A stretch of 64,000 nt of DNA from Callorhinchus milii (taxonomy: Eukaryota), in contig NW_024704742.1 in NCBI RefSeq assembly GCF_018977255.1, forward strand, positions 87,732,001 to 87,796,000, read 5' to 3'. Below are positions 27,501 through 42,500 of the stretch, piece after piece. Made by a program: the position numbers and the translations under genes. Position 1 is the first letter of the stretch. Each line of letters begins with the position of its first letter. Under the pieces are notes generated by a model. That model had not been told where the DNA came from, ran no database searches, and was given only the letters and a program-made list of their open reading frames with translations.

Positions 27501-30500
27501 CCCTTTGGCTTGATTTGGTATAAAGGGTCTTTTCTAAACTATGTGCTGATCTTCTCTTTACTGGAAGAAATTACTTTCTGGATTGTACTTTTTGTCAGAT
27601 GACCAAACTGGAACCTGCGGTCTCAATAAATTTGCCTGTGGCCTCGGATCTCTTCAGTGTATTCCAAACTCTTGGAGGTGTGATGGAGAAAAAGATTGTG
27701 ATAATGGTGGTGATGAGGTGAACTGTGGTAGGTTGCCATCTGTCATTTAGATCAAGCTTTGCTGGACTAGGTATAGATGCTTTTGTTGAAAGCTCACCCA
27801 ATTGTCTTTTCAGCACCACTTACTTGCAGTCCACTGGAGTTCACATGCTCCAGTGGCCGATGTGTTTCCAAGAACTTTGTCTGCAATGGAGAGGATGACT
27901 GTGGTGACGGAAGTGATGAACATGGGTGTCATCCACCTATCTGTGGACCTCATGAGTTTCAGTGTAATAATTCTGAGTGTATCCCAATGAATTGGCTGTG
28001 TGATGACAACAATGACTGTTCTGACCAATCTGATGAATCTGAAGAGAATTGTGGGGAGCCTTTTGTACTTGTTACGTGCACACCTGGGGAGATCCAGTGT
28101 ATTTCGGGACAATGTATTCATGAACAGTGGTACTGTGATGGAGACGCAGACTGCAAAGATGGAAGCGATGAGACTGACTGTCGTAAGTAGACTAACATTG
28201 CTCATCTAGGGCTTAAGTTCTCTGTACAAGTAGATGATATACCCCTTCCCACCCCCAGAAAAAGACAGTGTGAACCAAAAAATTGCCAAGAAGCCAGCTA
28301 TTTTAAAGGAAGACTAAAGAGCTGGCAGATGGGCTAAATGATGGTAGGGTGGATGGAATCAAGGCTATAACTCAAAAAATGCTTTTGTGATGGGCTAGAC
28401 ATTAAGAGTATCTTAAACAAAACTGAGCTTGAGCTGCTTTTTTTAAGAGATTCAAGGATAATATCAGAATACAAAAATTGCCTTAATAAAAATCATTGAG
28501 ATGCTACTTTTCACGCCTTTAAATGAATGAAATTGAGGATGGATTATTTCAGTGGATAAAAATGTGCTTCTGCTTAACCAGTTCCTAGAACGTGTGGCCC
28601 AGATCACTTCAGATGTACCGATGGGAGCTGTATCCAGGAAATCAGGAAATGCAATGGCTTTATGGACTGCAGTGATGGTGGTGATGAGACTGAATGCAAG
28701 ATGGGTGAGTGTCATTCATTTCCTGTGTGTGGTATTGGTTCTTATTATTGGTTCTTGTTTCAATTGTCTTCTCCTCCACATCAGATTGCACAGGGCCAAC
28801 TGACTTCAAATGTCAAAGTGGAGAATGTATAGACATCACTCTAGTGTGTAACAGCCATCAGGACTGCAGGGATTCAAGTGATGAACCATTGAAAGAATGT
28901 AGTAAGTAGAATGTAAATGGAGCACCTATCGTTTTCAATCTGCCTGCTTCAATTAGAATTTTTCCATTGAGCTGTAAAATAGCTTTACTCACTACAGTAA
29001 AATTTGTATAATCACTTAAGTCATACATCTGTCCACATTCTATTCAAGAGCTTATATTCTATGCATGTTTGACATGACTCATTTTGCATAAATCATATTA
29101 AATGTATGGTTCCAACTGATACAACTTATGTGAGTTTTACTGTATTTAAACCTTAAAAGGTGCCAAAATGGGACATTGTTTCAAATGTCAACCCAAAAAG
29201 TCAGCTTACAAGCTGTAGGTTTTGCCTGGGTACCAGTTTACTCAATACTAGTTGACACAAAGATTCAAAGTAAAAGATCTTTATTCACTCAGCAACAGAC
29301 TCTGCATTAACATTAATATTATCACATCAGCATACAGTTTTATCTAGCATAACAACTGAAACGTATGTTTCCCACGGTAACATCACACTTCAGTTGGAGA
29401 AAGCCTTGCTCCTTCCTCCTCTGCTCCTCTGGATCTTGTCCTATATACTCTTTCTTGATCATGTTCTATTACCGTGACAAAGGGACTGTTTCACATGCTT
29501 GACCTATGTGCCCCTTACTCATACCTTTCTGTAAATATAACTTCATACAGGGATCTATTATTCCTACTGTTTCACTTATTTATCTGTCTACTTCCTTATC
29601 TATGTCTCAAGCTGAGCTGCTGGCAGTTATTGTGGTTATGGCAAGCTTAGCTTTTCGTATGGCGCAAATAACTTTTACATTGAAATCTTTAACCCTTTCA
29701 AAGCTCTTCCCCACTGTACTATGTTAAACTCACAGGGGCTTAGCAATAGACCTACTGTCAGCTTTCTCTGTAACAAAGCTTGCATGCTGCTTTCTGTCAA
29801 ACCATTTGTAGAATGTTGTTACAGTTGGATAGTTTTTGGTGTATTCATATACGATGTACAATCTTGCTATTGTACTTGCACGCAGAAGGATTGTCGTTAT
29901 TGATGGTCAATAACAATCTTCTTCTCTAAAGACATCAACGAATGCCTGGTGTATAATGGTGGATGTTCTCACATCTGCAAGAATCTTGTGATTGGCTACA
30001 AATGTGACTGTCCTGCTGGCTTTGAGCTGGCTGGGAGGAAAACGTGTAAAGGTAAGTTGACTCCATTTATACAAATAAAAGTTGGCTGACCTCTTATATG
30101 CAAGGATGATTATTATATAATCAACCCACTTTCTTTCCATTGCCAGATATTGATGAGTGCCAAAATACTGAGACATGCAGTCAAATTTGCATCAATTCAA
30201 AAGGAAGCTATAAATGTGAATGTCGCACAGGATACATTATGGATTCAGCCAATGGTCACTGCAAAGCAGTAGGCAAGTACAATGTTGCACTCATTAACTC
30301 AGCTCAATGGATATTTGTCTTGGCATTGCTTGTAAGTTTCTTAAACTACCTCCACAAAATGCATATGTTTAGTGCCCGATATATGGTAAGGAGAAGTCTC
30401 ATTTCATAAGTTATAGCACTTGATTTTTGGGACTTGGGTTTCCATGTGCATATAAACAACTTGCATTTATATAGTTGCTATTCACATGGGGTAGCATCTT

Positions 30501-33500
30501 GGATTGCTTAACCATGACAAAGTCTGGTGCCAATCCAGGGTAGAGAGATCACTGTAAAATGGTGTTAATCTAATCATGTTTTCCATATTGATACTATTTG
30601 GCCACCATACTACTTTTAAATTACGGAAAAGAGGAGTGAACTCCCTTTGTTTTGGTCTGTCTTGAATCCTGCTTAAAAAGCATTTGGTATATCAAGAGTA
30701 AACATGCTAGTGATGCTCTTGCAATCTGCTTTCAAAATATCAAAACATTTCAACTGATTTTCCTTTTATGCACTTCTAAAGGGATTTTCTTTCTGTACAG
30801 GTAAAGAGCCATACTTAATGTTCACTGATCACCATGATCTCAGAAAGCTAGGACTCCACCACAAAGAGTACACCCAGGTTGTTGTACAGTTGAGAAATGC
30901 AGTGGCACTGGATGCTGACATTGCAGCACAGAAGATCTTCTGGATTGACCTGGGACAGCAAGGAATCTTCTGGTAATGCAAGACTTTTCTGTAAATTAAA
31001 ACAAGCTTTTATATTTCAAGTAAATTCCCTTCCACTCCCCTCTCGTGAACTGAACTTTAATGCAGATGCCTTTTATTTTCTCATTTAGTAAATGAAAACT
31101 GAGTGGTACTATTGCTGTCCAAATATTACTGATCAATGTGCCTCTTGAGATATGTTTTGGTTGGTGCTCATCACCTGCAAGCTCCACATTACCTCTGATC
31201 TCCTTCCAGTGCATCCATGGATCAACACGGCGAGTCAGCTGGTATCTACAGAGTTGTCCAAAATACCCAAATGCCTGTGGGAATTGCTGTGGACTGGATC
31301 TACAAGCACATCTACTGGACTGATCGTAGAGCTAAAACAATATCTGTGGCTACCTTTGATGGTACCAAAACAAAGATTCTTTTTGACACTGACCTAAGGG
31401 AACCAGCTTCTGTAGCTGTTGATCCTCTATCGGGGTATAGTATGAAATGTGTTTTATCATTGAAAGCTTGTACCATTGTACAAGACATTTGCTTGATTTC
31501 AAAAAGCAAACCAGTTGAATGCTTAGACTGAAATGTTTGGGTAGCAAAGTGCTTTCCTCCAATCTTGGACCATCATACATGCTAACTTGATATTTTGTTG
31601 TTGAATATTCAGATGCATGTTCAGTTATGAATGTCAACCCAGCTCATTTGGCATCAGTCTCATCTCTCAGTCAATGTTGTAGGTTTAGGCTCCATGGCTG
31701 ACTTTGGCAAGAATTCTATCAAAATGATCTGCCATAAGTGAACAATATAATACTAGACCAGGCTTAGTGCTTGCAGTGCAAGTCAAATAATGGAATATAG
31801 GCCTAAGGTTAAAGTTATTTCAGTTGACTTATCTTAATTACAATACTCTGCATACTTGTATGAGCATGAAAGGAAATAATAATAATAATAATCCTTGCAT
31901 TTGATATAGCGCTTTTCACGTCGGGATGTCGTCCCAAAGCGCTTCACAGAACACACTGTAAAGTGAATTGATTGTATATTTGTGGGCGAACGCGGCAGCC
32001 AATTGCACACAGCAATGTTCCACAAACAGTCGTAGATTGAAAAAGATAAATTTTTATTATTGTTTTTGGTTTTGGAGGGATTATTATTAGGCGTGTGGAG
32101 TAAGGAAACTTGCCCAAGGTTTCGCCCTGCCTGGAATTGAACTCGGGTCTCTCGCTTGCAAAGCGAGTGCTCTAACCACTGAGCTACAGGATTCCACAAT
32201 ACACAATAGTTCAATTATGCTTGGTCTAGTTGTAACAGTGCAGCTAAACTAAACACAAGATCTGCTGTATTGTGTACATAGCCAATCTGAATACAACCTC
32301 AAATAAAAATGATTTGTGAAACCTCTGGATTCTCTCCATTAGTTTATAAAATTGCACTGATGGATCAATATTTGTACTCATGTATTAGCAACTGGATGGC
32401 AAAAAATTCTGTTTCACAGGAATATTCATCACTTTTGTGCATTAGTGATTTTTTTTTCTCATTGGCTTTAAAGATTCATTTACTGGTCAGACTGGGGTGA
32501 ACCTGCAAAGATTGAAAAAGCAGGAATGAATGGTGTTGCCCGCAGACTCCTAGTTACCAGAGAAATTCAGAGGCCAAATGGCATTACACTTGGTAAGCAG
32601 ACACAGAAACATGAAGGCTAATTCCAGTATACTGTTTGGATTGTCAATACTAACGCTTCCCTACTTTTAATCCATAGATCTTGTGAAAAATCGTCTTTAT
32701 TGGGTTGACTCAAAACTGCATTGCTTATCTAGTGTGGACCTAGGTGGAGAGGATAGAAGAACAATACTATTGTCACAGAAATTCCTTACTCAACCACTTG
32801 GGATTGCAATATTTGAGGTAAAGTAATTTCTTCATACCTCAATACAGTAGCAATTAACTTCTACAGAGCTATTAATTCTACTTCAGACTGCCACAGTACA
32901 TTCAGGTAAATTGGAGAAATTATTTGACATGCTGTAATGGTCTAGTACTGTGAATTTGCTTGGTAAGCAAACTCTTCGACATTGGTTGTCAGTCTATTGA
33001 ACAAAGTTCAGTGGAATAAATGGATTCATCTTCCACCAAAGTACAAGATGAAACTTGCAAGAACCATGTGATCTGAAAGGCATGGAATTCTTGATTTTTT
33101 ACTTCAAATTCCTTGGTTAAAAGGAGCAATGTTAAGATTAGATTTTCCGGCATAGGTAGATTTGCTTCCCTCTCCACCCATTAGTGGCCATCTATAGGAT
33201 GGAATATTCAAGTCTCTTGGCTGAGTTGGTATTCTCCAATATTAATAATCCTTGCATTTTATGCAGCACCTTATTACTTCTTCGAGGTGTCTCAGAGCAC
33301 TTCAAATTTACTGTAAAGTGAATTGACTATATTTTGTGGGCAAAAAGCAAAATTGAGCTGTTTTGGGTTTGTTTCCCCCCCTTCCCTAAATGGCAAACCT
33401 AAATGGCTCCAGTAACATTTCAGACAATCCCTGCCTGTTTGTGTGCCCATGTGCTTTAGGAACCTTCAATTCCCAGCATTATTTAGGATAAATTTCTCCT

Positions 33501-36500
33501 ACCCATCTGCCATTTTCCATGGTATGAAATTGGATGCTTCAAGACTATCAAACTTTTCAAAAACTTTCTACTAGGGGAAGCAGTTCTACATGGAAATATT
33601 AGAATAATTAGGGCTTCACAATTAAAGGTATTGCTAGGGTCAGTGACTTCTAGTGCATGAATTGAGCAACAAACTGGCTGAAGGTTTCTTTTTTTACTGT
33701 GCTGCTGAAGAGAATATTTTAGCACGTATTAACCTCTTGTTACCTTGGGCAAGGATCACCTGATGTGCATATTTCTGAATAGCTTTTTAATTCCTCTTAA
33801 ATGTCTTGATAGGATCGCATCTTCTGGATTGATGGGGACAGTAAAGCCATCTATGGAGCCAATAAATTCACAGGAATGGATATAGCAACTTTCGCCTCCA
33901 ACCTTAAGGATCCTCATGATATCATTGCTTACCATGAGTTAACACAGCCAACAGGTAAGAAACTGGTAAGCTAACATCACAAGGAAGGGCAATGCTAACT
34001 ACAGTTTACAAACCAAAGGCAATGTCTGACCAAAAATCCTTTAGATTAAGTAGCTGTAATATTTCTCATTCTAAAAGGCCTTTCTAATCCTATCCCTAGC
34101 TGTGTATGTGCTGCCATCCTTTCAGTTCCCTAGCTATGCATATAATAACCCTTGCATTTGATATAGTGTTTTTCACGCCTTCTAGACATCACAATGCGCT
34201 TCACAGAATATACTGTAAAGTGAATTGACTGTATATTTGTGGGCAACACGCGGCAGCCAATTGTGCACAGCAGTTGTGGATTGAAGTGACCAATTTTATT
34301 TTTTATTCTTGAGGGATTATTATCAGGCGTGTGGAGTAAGGAAACTTGTCCAAGGTTTCGCCCTGCTGGGAATCAAACCCAGGTCCCTCGCTTGCAAGGC
34401 GAGTGCTCTAACCACTGAGCTACAGGACACATGGTGTAACACTTCTCTTTTTCTAATATACCTTACTTGACATCACTTTTTCATTTGTAATTTCATATTC
34501 GCTTCATATTTTAATTCTTCAAATTAATTTCATTTTTTTATTACATATTTCAATACCTCACATTTTAATGTCACATTTATTTCAGATTTTACAATGCCTC
34601 ACAACAGGATATACTGTAAAGTGGATGACTGTATTTTGTAAGCAAAACGTGGCAGCCAGTTCTGCACAGCAATGTACCATGGATTGGGTGACCAATTTTT
34701 ATTTGGGGGATTGTTGGCCAGGACACTGGGCGACATTCTCTTCGAATCCTTTACGATCACCTGGACAGGCAGACAGGACCTTGATTTAATATAANTTTTT
34801 TCTTTCTGTAAAGCATTTGGTATGATGGGCACTTGTTGAGTGCTTGGTAGCACTGGCTGCAACCAACAGACCTCTTTATTGACCAGATTACGCACATACA
34901 GTACTGTTGCCAAACTGCTTTCTAAGTGCTAGTATCTCGCCCCGTAAATGTTGCAGCTGCACCAATAGCCTGGAACTATGTTCCCATGAGTACTTTCTCT
35001 GTACAGTCACCTGTACAATAGCTACCCACCTTAAGGAATGTGGATAGAACAATAAAGTTGGTTGTGAGCAGAATGCTAGTCCCTCAAATTCCTTGTGGCT
35101 GATTTTATTCAACATATTAATGTGCTAGTCTAGAACCCAATGATCCCCATGAGCACTTCAATAAATACAACAAAATTACATTTCTATGGTGCCTTTCATG
35201 TTGGAAGTGCGTTCCAAGCGCTGGACAGTTAAGGGTTTGCACCCGAGCTCAGGGTTGCAATTGAAAGGGTTGGAGGGTAGTGGGGTGGGAATGTGATCAA
35301 AGAGGAAGGTCTTGAGTTGAGCCTTGGAGAGGCAAGGCAGAGGGATTCAAGTTAGAGGGTGGAGGCAGAAAAGCTGAAGGCCCGATTGCCAATGGTGGAG
35401 CAGACGGGGTGGGAAACGTGATGCAGGCTAATGCATGTCAAACAGATGGGTTGGTATGGTGTTAAGAGGTCACAGAGGTAGGGAGGAGCATGATCGTGGA
35501 AAAATCTTAAAAGAATACAATAATTTTGCAGATAGTTGCCAGGCCTGGTAATAAAATTACTTGACTGTAGGGATTTGTGTGCAAATCACCAAGTCCTGTT
35601 TATCTAAAATTAACTTTTGGAAACTTTTTTTGCAGGCAATAAGTTGTGCAATGAGGATTTACAGAATGGAGGCTGTGAATTCCTGTGCCTCCCAGCTCCT
35701 CAGCTCACTGTTCATTCCTCACAATATGTCTGTTTGTGTCCTACTGACATGGAACTTGAGCAGGATAGACATCGCTGTAAAATAGGTACATTTAGGCTTC
35801 TTGTTGCCCTTTATTTAAAAAATATATAGTGGACGCTTAACTCGCTTGTGACTCCACCTGGGTAGATGGATGGCTGGACAGCAATGCAGATTTTAAAATT
35901 ACTCTTTTACTAATGGAAGTACAATACTATACAGTGCATTCAAATCTGAAACTAGTTATGTCAGCTAGACACTGAAATAGGACATAGCTGTTCTTTAGGA
36001 GTATTTTGTAATGCCATCAAAACTGATCTGGGCCTGAAGTAACCTGAATTTGTAAGCATCTGTACAGATTTATGTCACTGCACACATTCCAAATTTCTTG
36101 TGTTGGAGTGATGCCCTCAGTAAACAAATTGGTCCAAGATCCAGAGTTTTGGCTTTTCAATTGTTTTAAGCCAACATTCCATCAATCTCTCAAACTTGTT
36201 TTTAAGACTTACACTTAATGTGATTCCACTATGTTTGAGCAATGTGCAACAATTACAAGCCAGGCCCTTCTGTCTTGAATGTCTCAGAAGAGACCTTATA
36301 AAAATGAGTAACCTTTTTTTAAATGGGTCTGAAAGCAAGCCCAGAACAACTTTCAGATGTGCTGATAGAACAAAAGGGCATAATTTCTAGATTGCAAATG
36401 ACCAAATTAAGGATGGACCTGTGGGTAAATGACAAACTGGTTCCCAAATAGGGTGGCTTGATGAACACTACCCTCAGTTTAAAATAACTTGCTGTGGAAG

Positions 36501-39500
36501 GACTGTAAGATGGGTATCTGAAATATCAAAAAACATTTTTCATCCAAATTTCTTGTGGAAAGTGACTCCCCATCTAGTGATGCTGAAACTGGGACTTAAA
36601 TATTTGTGGAGGATAATTTGGATTAATGTACCCTGGTATAGTTACTTGAACCATATTTTTAGAATCTTCAGTGGCCTCCACTTTCAAACTTACAGCTGAA
36701 TTTTAATATAGTAAATGCACTTAAACCTGCCCAATTTTTTGTATTGGTGGGGGGAAGGATTGGAAATGGAATTAAACTTGCATCCGAATACCACAATTTC
36801 CTCTCCTTCAAATTTTAGAACAGTATCAGTCCTTCCTCTTCACATTTCACTGTCAAACAGCTTTTTGCAGAATCCAAATATTGATCAGATATCATTATGT
36901 ACTTTTTTTACATATACCAGCCTACTGCCTGTTCATGAATAATTCAATACAATAGCTTTTCAGTTTAACAGTCTGTCTTGCCAGCAGCAGTCTTGTTTAC
37001 TTGCTATACACAAATGCAAACAATAACCCTGTACAACAGCTTGTGCAGGATGCTTAAAGTGCAGAATTCTAGATAATCTGTAATTAAGTTAATGTATTCA
37101 ATCCATACCACTGCTTGTAGTGGTTATTTAAAAGGTTTAAATCTAGTTTTTCTTTGGGTAAATATGAGCGAGGTATGTTTTTTTTTAAAAAAAGGATTGG
37201 AAGAGTAAAGCCATGTGTAGGTGCCATACGTATGTGTAATTATGTGTAACTTGGATTCTAAGCATAGTGACGGGTTTCCACATGTCTGACACCTACCTGA
37301 CTAAAAATTATTGCCTAGACTTGCAATAACTCCTGCATTATAATTCTTGGCTTCAACAAATTATTTGATTTCATTTAGTTAATGCTACTTGTGGAGCATT
37401 TGACTTCATGTGCAACAACGGACAATGTGTGCCTGCAAGGTGGCAGTGTGATGAGAACGATGACTGTGGAGATGGATCAGATGAAAGCCCAGAAGTCTGC
37501 CGTAAGTATTGCCTTCGATAATCAAAGCAACATCTCTTTACACATTTGTTTTAATATCTTGAAATGCTTTGGTACATGCACTTTGGGTTTCAGTATAGCT
37601 TAAATTGTCAGCGCATTTAATTTGTGTATAATGTCCAGCTCTGATTTCTTTTTCTAGGTTTAATCTTAAATTCCACCATCCAGGGATTTTTTCAATTTCA
37701 CTTGCTCACAAAATGCAATTTCTACACTTTACAATAAATCCTGTACTTGGGCTTTGTGGCATGTGTGCTTTATCAAATGCTGTTACACTGAATGATCAGT
37801 GCTCTGTATAGTCCACTGAATTCTTGCATGTGTAGATTTGACTTGTACATCTTGTAATTTAGTCTGACCAGCTTGCACACTACCATCCTGAATGTTGCAT
37901 TTAATACAATAGTTGAATAGCCCCTTAACTTTCTCAGAATAGCTTGTACAGCTAAGGTTGGCTCATGCTGAATCCACTTGACCATTGCAATGACTAATAG
38001 TAAAGGAGCCAATCCCATAGCATATTGGTTAGCGCACTGGCCCACAAGTGAGAAGACTCGGATTCAATTCCCAGTTGGGGCAAAACCTTAAGCAAGTTTC
38101 CTTATTCCACACGCCTCTGTTTACCCAGTAGTAAGTAGGAACCCAGTTGTTCAATTGGCGGATCACTTTTTGGGGATAATCCCTCTTTATATAAAAAAAA
38201 TTTGGGTTACTCAATCCACAACTCTTTGTGGGACACCACTGTGCCCAATTATCTGCCACATTTGACCCACAACATAGTCAATTCACTTTATAATATATTC
38301 TACAAGTGCTTTCAAAAGCCTCAACGATGTGATAAGGCACATGTCAAATGCAAGGATTATTATTGGATGTAAAAGGCTAATCACGAGTATCCTGCCTCTG
38401 CTCAGTATGCATAAACTAAAGAGTGCTTGAAATGCTTGTTTCAGATATGAAAGGATGTGGCCTGAATGAGATCAGCTGTGGACCTGGATCGCTCCACTGT
38501 ATTCCAGTCTCCTGGAAATGTGATGGACAGTCAGATTGTGACAATGGCCATGATGAAGAGGGCTGTGGTATGAACCATCAATAACCATTAACACTCAAAA
38601 GGGGGGTAGGGGAGATGGGAATTAACCTCAAGGGGGAAGAGGATGGAAGAAAAAGCAAGAAAACTCCATGGTCATAAAATGGCTAAGTGGGTGCAAGTCC
38701 CAAGCATCTAGGTTATGCCAAATAGTACAGCTATAGTATATTTCATGGACAGAACCTCTCAGTACCTCATCTGGGATTTCCAGTTCATCTGAGGCATGGG
38801 CACAATGTTCATCTCTGCAGCAGCTGTACTACTGCTTTGGGTGTTGCCTATGTAATTGTTTAAATGTAGGTTGTCAATCAATTGGCGAATTGCTTTCCTG
38901 GGTAATAATCCCTCCAAAACAGTCATTCAATCTGTGACTGTTTATGGGATATTGTTGTGTGCAATTGGCTGCCGCATTTCACCCACAAAATACACTGTCA
39001 ATCTACTTTACAATATATTCTGCAAAGCTTTGAGATGTCTCAAAGGCATGATAAGGCGTTATAATCATGCAAGGATTATTTATCTGGGGGAAGAACACAT
39101 TTTGCTTGCAACTTAAATCACTGAACATATCACAAACCAGCTCAAGTGCATAAGATATCCAGGCAAGAAGCTCATTTTTCGGGTTGCATGCTGAAAAACT
39201 TTTACAACAAAACAACTTTAGGGGCCATCAGTGTTTGGTTGTCTACTAGGATGAACTTTGTTTTAGGTATTAAGTACCAAATGGCATTTTTCAGGCATTC
39301 CTACTTGCAGTCCACTGGAGTTCGCTTGCATCACTGGTCAATGCGTCTCCAAGACCTTTGTCTGCAATGGAAAGGAAGACTGTGCTGATGGAAGTGATGA
39401 ACACCACTGTGCTGCATATTCCTGTGGTCCACATGAGTTTCAGTGCAATAATGCAGAGTGCATCCCATCAAACTGGGTGTGTGACAACAATATTGACTGT

Positions 39501-42500
39501 TCAGACAAGTCTGATGAAACTCCAGACCGCTGTGGGCACACCCCTCCCTCTCCTGTAATTTGCTCCCCCAGTGAGTTCAGATGTGCTTCAGGAGAATGCA
39601 TCCACTACCAAATGTATTGTGATGGAGATACTGACTGCAGTGATGCAAGTGATGAAACTAATTGTCGTAAGTATATCAACTTTTTGCATTCACTTCTTCA
39701 CGCACAGGCTCTTACAACTTATGAGCCAGTTTGGTTCTATGTGTTCCTACTATTGAAATGTTGGTTATTTTGGTCAGCTGGGTGTCCATTGCCAAGTTAC
39801 AAGTATCTAACTCGACTGGATACCACATACGCCAACTACGCATGGCAGTTTCCTGGAATAGAATATACAAATCTATCATCAAGACAACAGAGGATTCACT
39901 TATTTTGTAGCCAAGCCGATCACCTTGAAGCTCCAAGGAGACCATCCTTACCTTTTTCTTTACCCCCTTCCCCTGTAACAGTCATCTGAGCACTCCAGAT
40001 TATGTAACTCAAATCTCTTGGGTGGGTCACCTTTATTTTAAACTAGTTTAAGGGCACCATTAAAATTCAAATACTGTATTAGTAACTTCTAGACATTGCC
40101 CAGTGGTGTTGTGCTGGAATTTGATTTAACCCAAATCTTTGGACAAGTGTCCCAAAATCAATGTCATGACCCTATGGCTCAATAATTGACAGTAGGGATG
40201 GTATGATGTCTGTTTACTTCTTGGTGGACAAATTGGCACTGGTGGAATAGCGGTTTCACTTTCACATGTTAAATATTTTTAGAGATCTGCACTATAGGAT
40301 GCAAACTGCAGAAACTCTTCTCCTTTCCTAGCTAAAGTCTACTGACTGAAACTTCATCAAAATAACTTTATACACATGCTGTTGGAGTTTCTTTTGAAGC
40401 TGAAAATTTATCTATACACTGCACTTTTAATGCAATGGTCCAACTTCGAGTACCACGTCTCATGAAAATGGTAATTGAGCACCTAAATGAGTGGAGGTGG
40501 TTCACTTCAGGATCTAGTCAATTGTTTCCACCTTTGGACCAAATAGATCATAGATGTTGCATTTTTCATTCCTTGTTCGGTACAATACTGAATTCAAGCG
40601 AGGTTTGGGTGTATGAGCTATACTAAGGTATCAATCACCTGATTTAACTTTCAGCTCGTCGAAAATGCAGACTTGATGACTTCAAATGTGGTGATGGTAG
40701 CTGTATTGCTGCAAGCCAGAAATGCAATAAGTTTAGGGACTGTACCGATGGCAGTGATGAAATGAACTGTACAACTCGTAAGTGCACCATTTAACCTATT
40801 CTACTGTGTCATTAGATGTACTGCTGTTCAGAATTAGCTGCTACATTTCACCCACAAAATGCAGTCAATTCACTTTATAATATTCTGTGAAGCACTTTGA
40901 GACGTCTCAATGATGTGATGAGGCGCTATATCAAATGAAAGGATTATATTATACTTCAAGCTTAACTTTTTTTGCTTTTTCTTCTGCAGCTGCAGTCTGT
41001 GAAGGGATCCATGACTTCCAATGTCAAAGTGGAGAATGCATTGACTTGGCCAAAGTGTGTAACCGACTGCAGGACTGTGCAGACTGGAGTGATGAACTGC
41101 TTGCAGAGTGTGGTAAGTGGCTTCGAGTTGTGGATTACATTGTCCCATTTATTGGACCATAAATAAATAACTGGAGTTTCTGTTTAACTTCTTTTTGCAA
41201 TTGATTTCCATATTGGTAACTTGTATGAATTGAAATACCTTGTATTTCTAGTATGAGACACAATGTGTGATGAGTAAGCTTCCCACTACATGAACTAGCT
41301 TTGACCTCCCTTGCTATATATAATTTGAGCATTCCCTGTACATTTACCCATTTTACCCCATTATGCTTGCCTCGTTTATATTAAAAAAAATTGAGATCTG
41401 CCAAGTTGTGAAGTTGATTTGGCCTTGCTGTTTCCAAGCATGTAACTAGAAAACGATACAAACTTGTATTTATATAGTGCCTTTTAAGTCAAGCACTCCC
41501 AAAGTGCTTAATAATTGCTTGGCACCTAAACTAGTAAGCGTAGGTCTTGAGACGGACCTTCATGCAGAGAGAGCAAAGAACTGGTGGCGAGAGCTATTTG
41601 AGCAAAGTAGCGGTGCACAAAATGAGTGTTGCCACTCTACAGACTATTAACTACACGCCCAACTATAACTTTATCAAAATAGCTTTCTCATGCACATACT
41701 GTTGGAGTTTCTTTTGTTGCGGCTGTACAGTAACAGATTAAGCTCACTGCTCTAATGTCTATTGTCCTGGGATATAAAATGCTCAACTAAAATTTTGTTC
41801 TCTGTGCAGATATCGATGAATGTCAAATGGACAATGGTGGCTGTTCTCACATCTGCCAGGATCTTCATATTGGTTATGAATGTGACTGCCCTGTTGGCTT
41901 TCAGTTACTTGATGAGCTAATGTGTGAAGGCAAGTCGACTGACTAGTTATTAACTGGAGAAATTGTCTTTCTTTACAGCTAAAGGATATTAACTTATCTC
42001 TGCAGATATCAATGAATGTAGGAATCCTGGGACCTGCAGTCACATCTGCATCAATCTGAAGGGAAGCTACAAATGTACATGTAATGAAGGCTACCATATG
42101 GACCCAGCTACAGGGAGTTGCAAGGCAGTAGGTAAGTAGACTTGCTCCACTTTGCACCTGTTCGGGTAAATAACCATTTTCAATCCCACTGCACTTCCTA
42201 TGACACTCCAATAGTACAACAACAAAATTACATTTGTAAAGTGCCATTCACACGAGCCAATCAGGAGAGCCTCAGTCTTGCTGAAATTCAGCTGTAGAAA
42301 GTTGGCTCTCATCCAGGACTTGATGTCTGATAGACAGGATGTCAGTAAATTGAGTAGTTAGAATCCTTTAATGGGATCTTGAACAATACATAATTGCTTT
42401 TAACAAACCTATTGTGCAGAAACGTTGTAACTGCTCAATTTGTGCAATTGTCTTTGCACTCTTTCATGCCTCTAATAGCTGAAGAGCAATTTGTAGGAAG

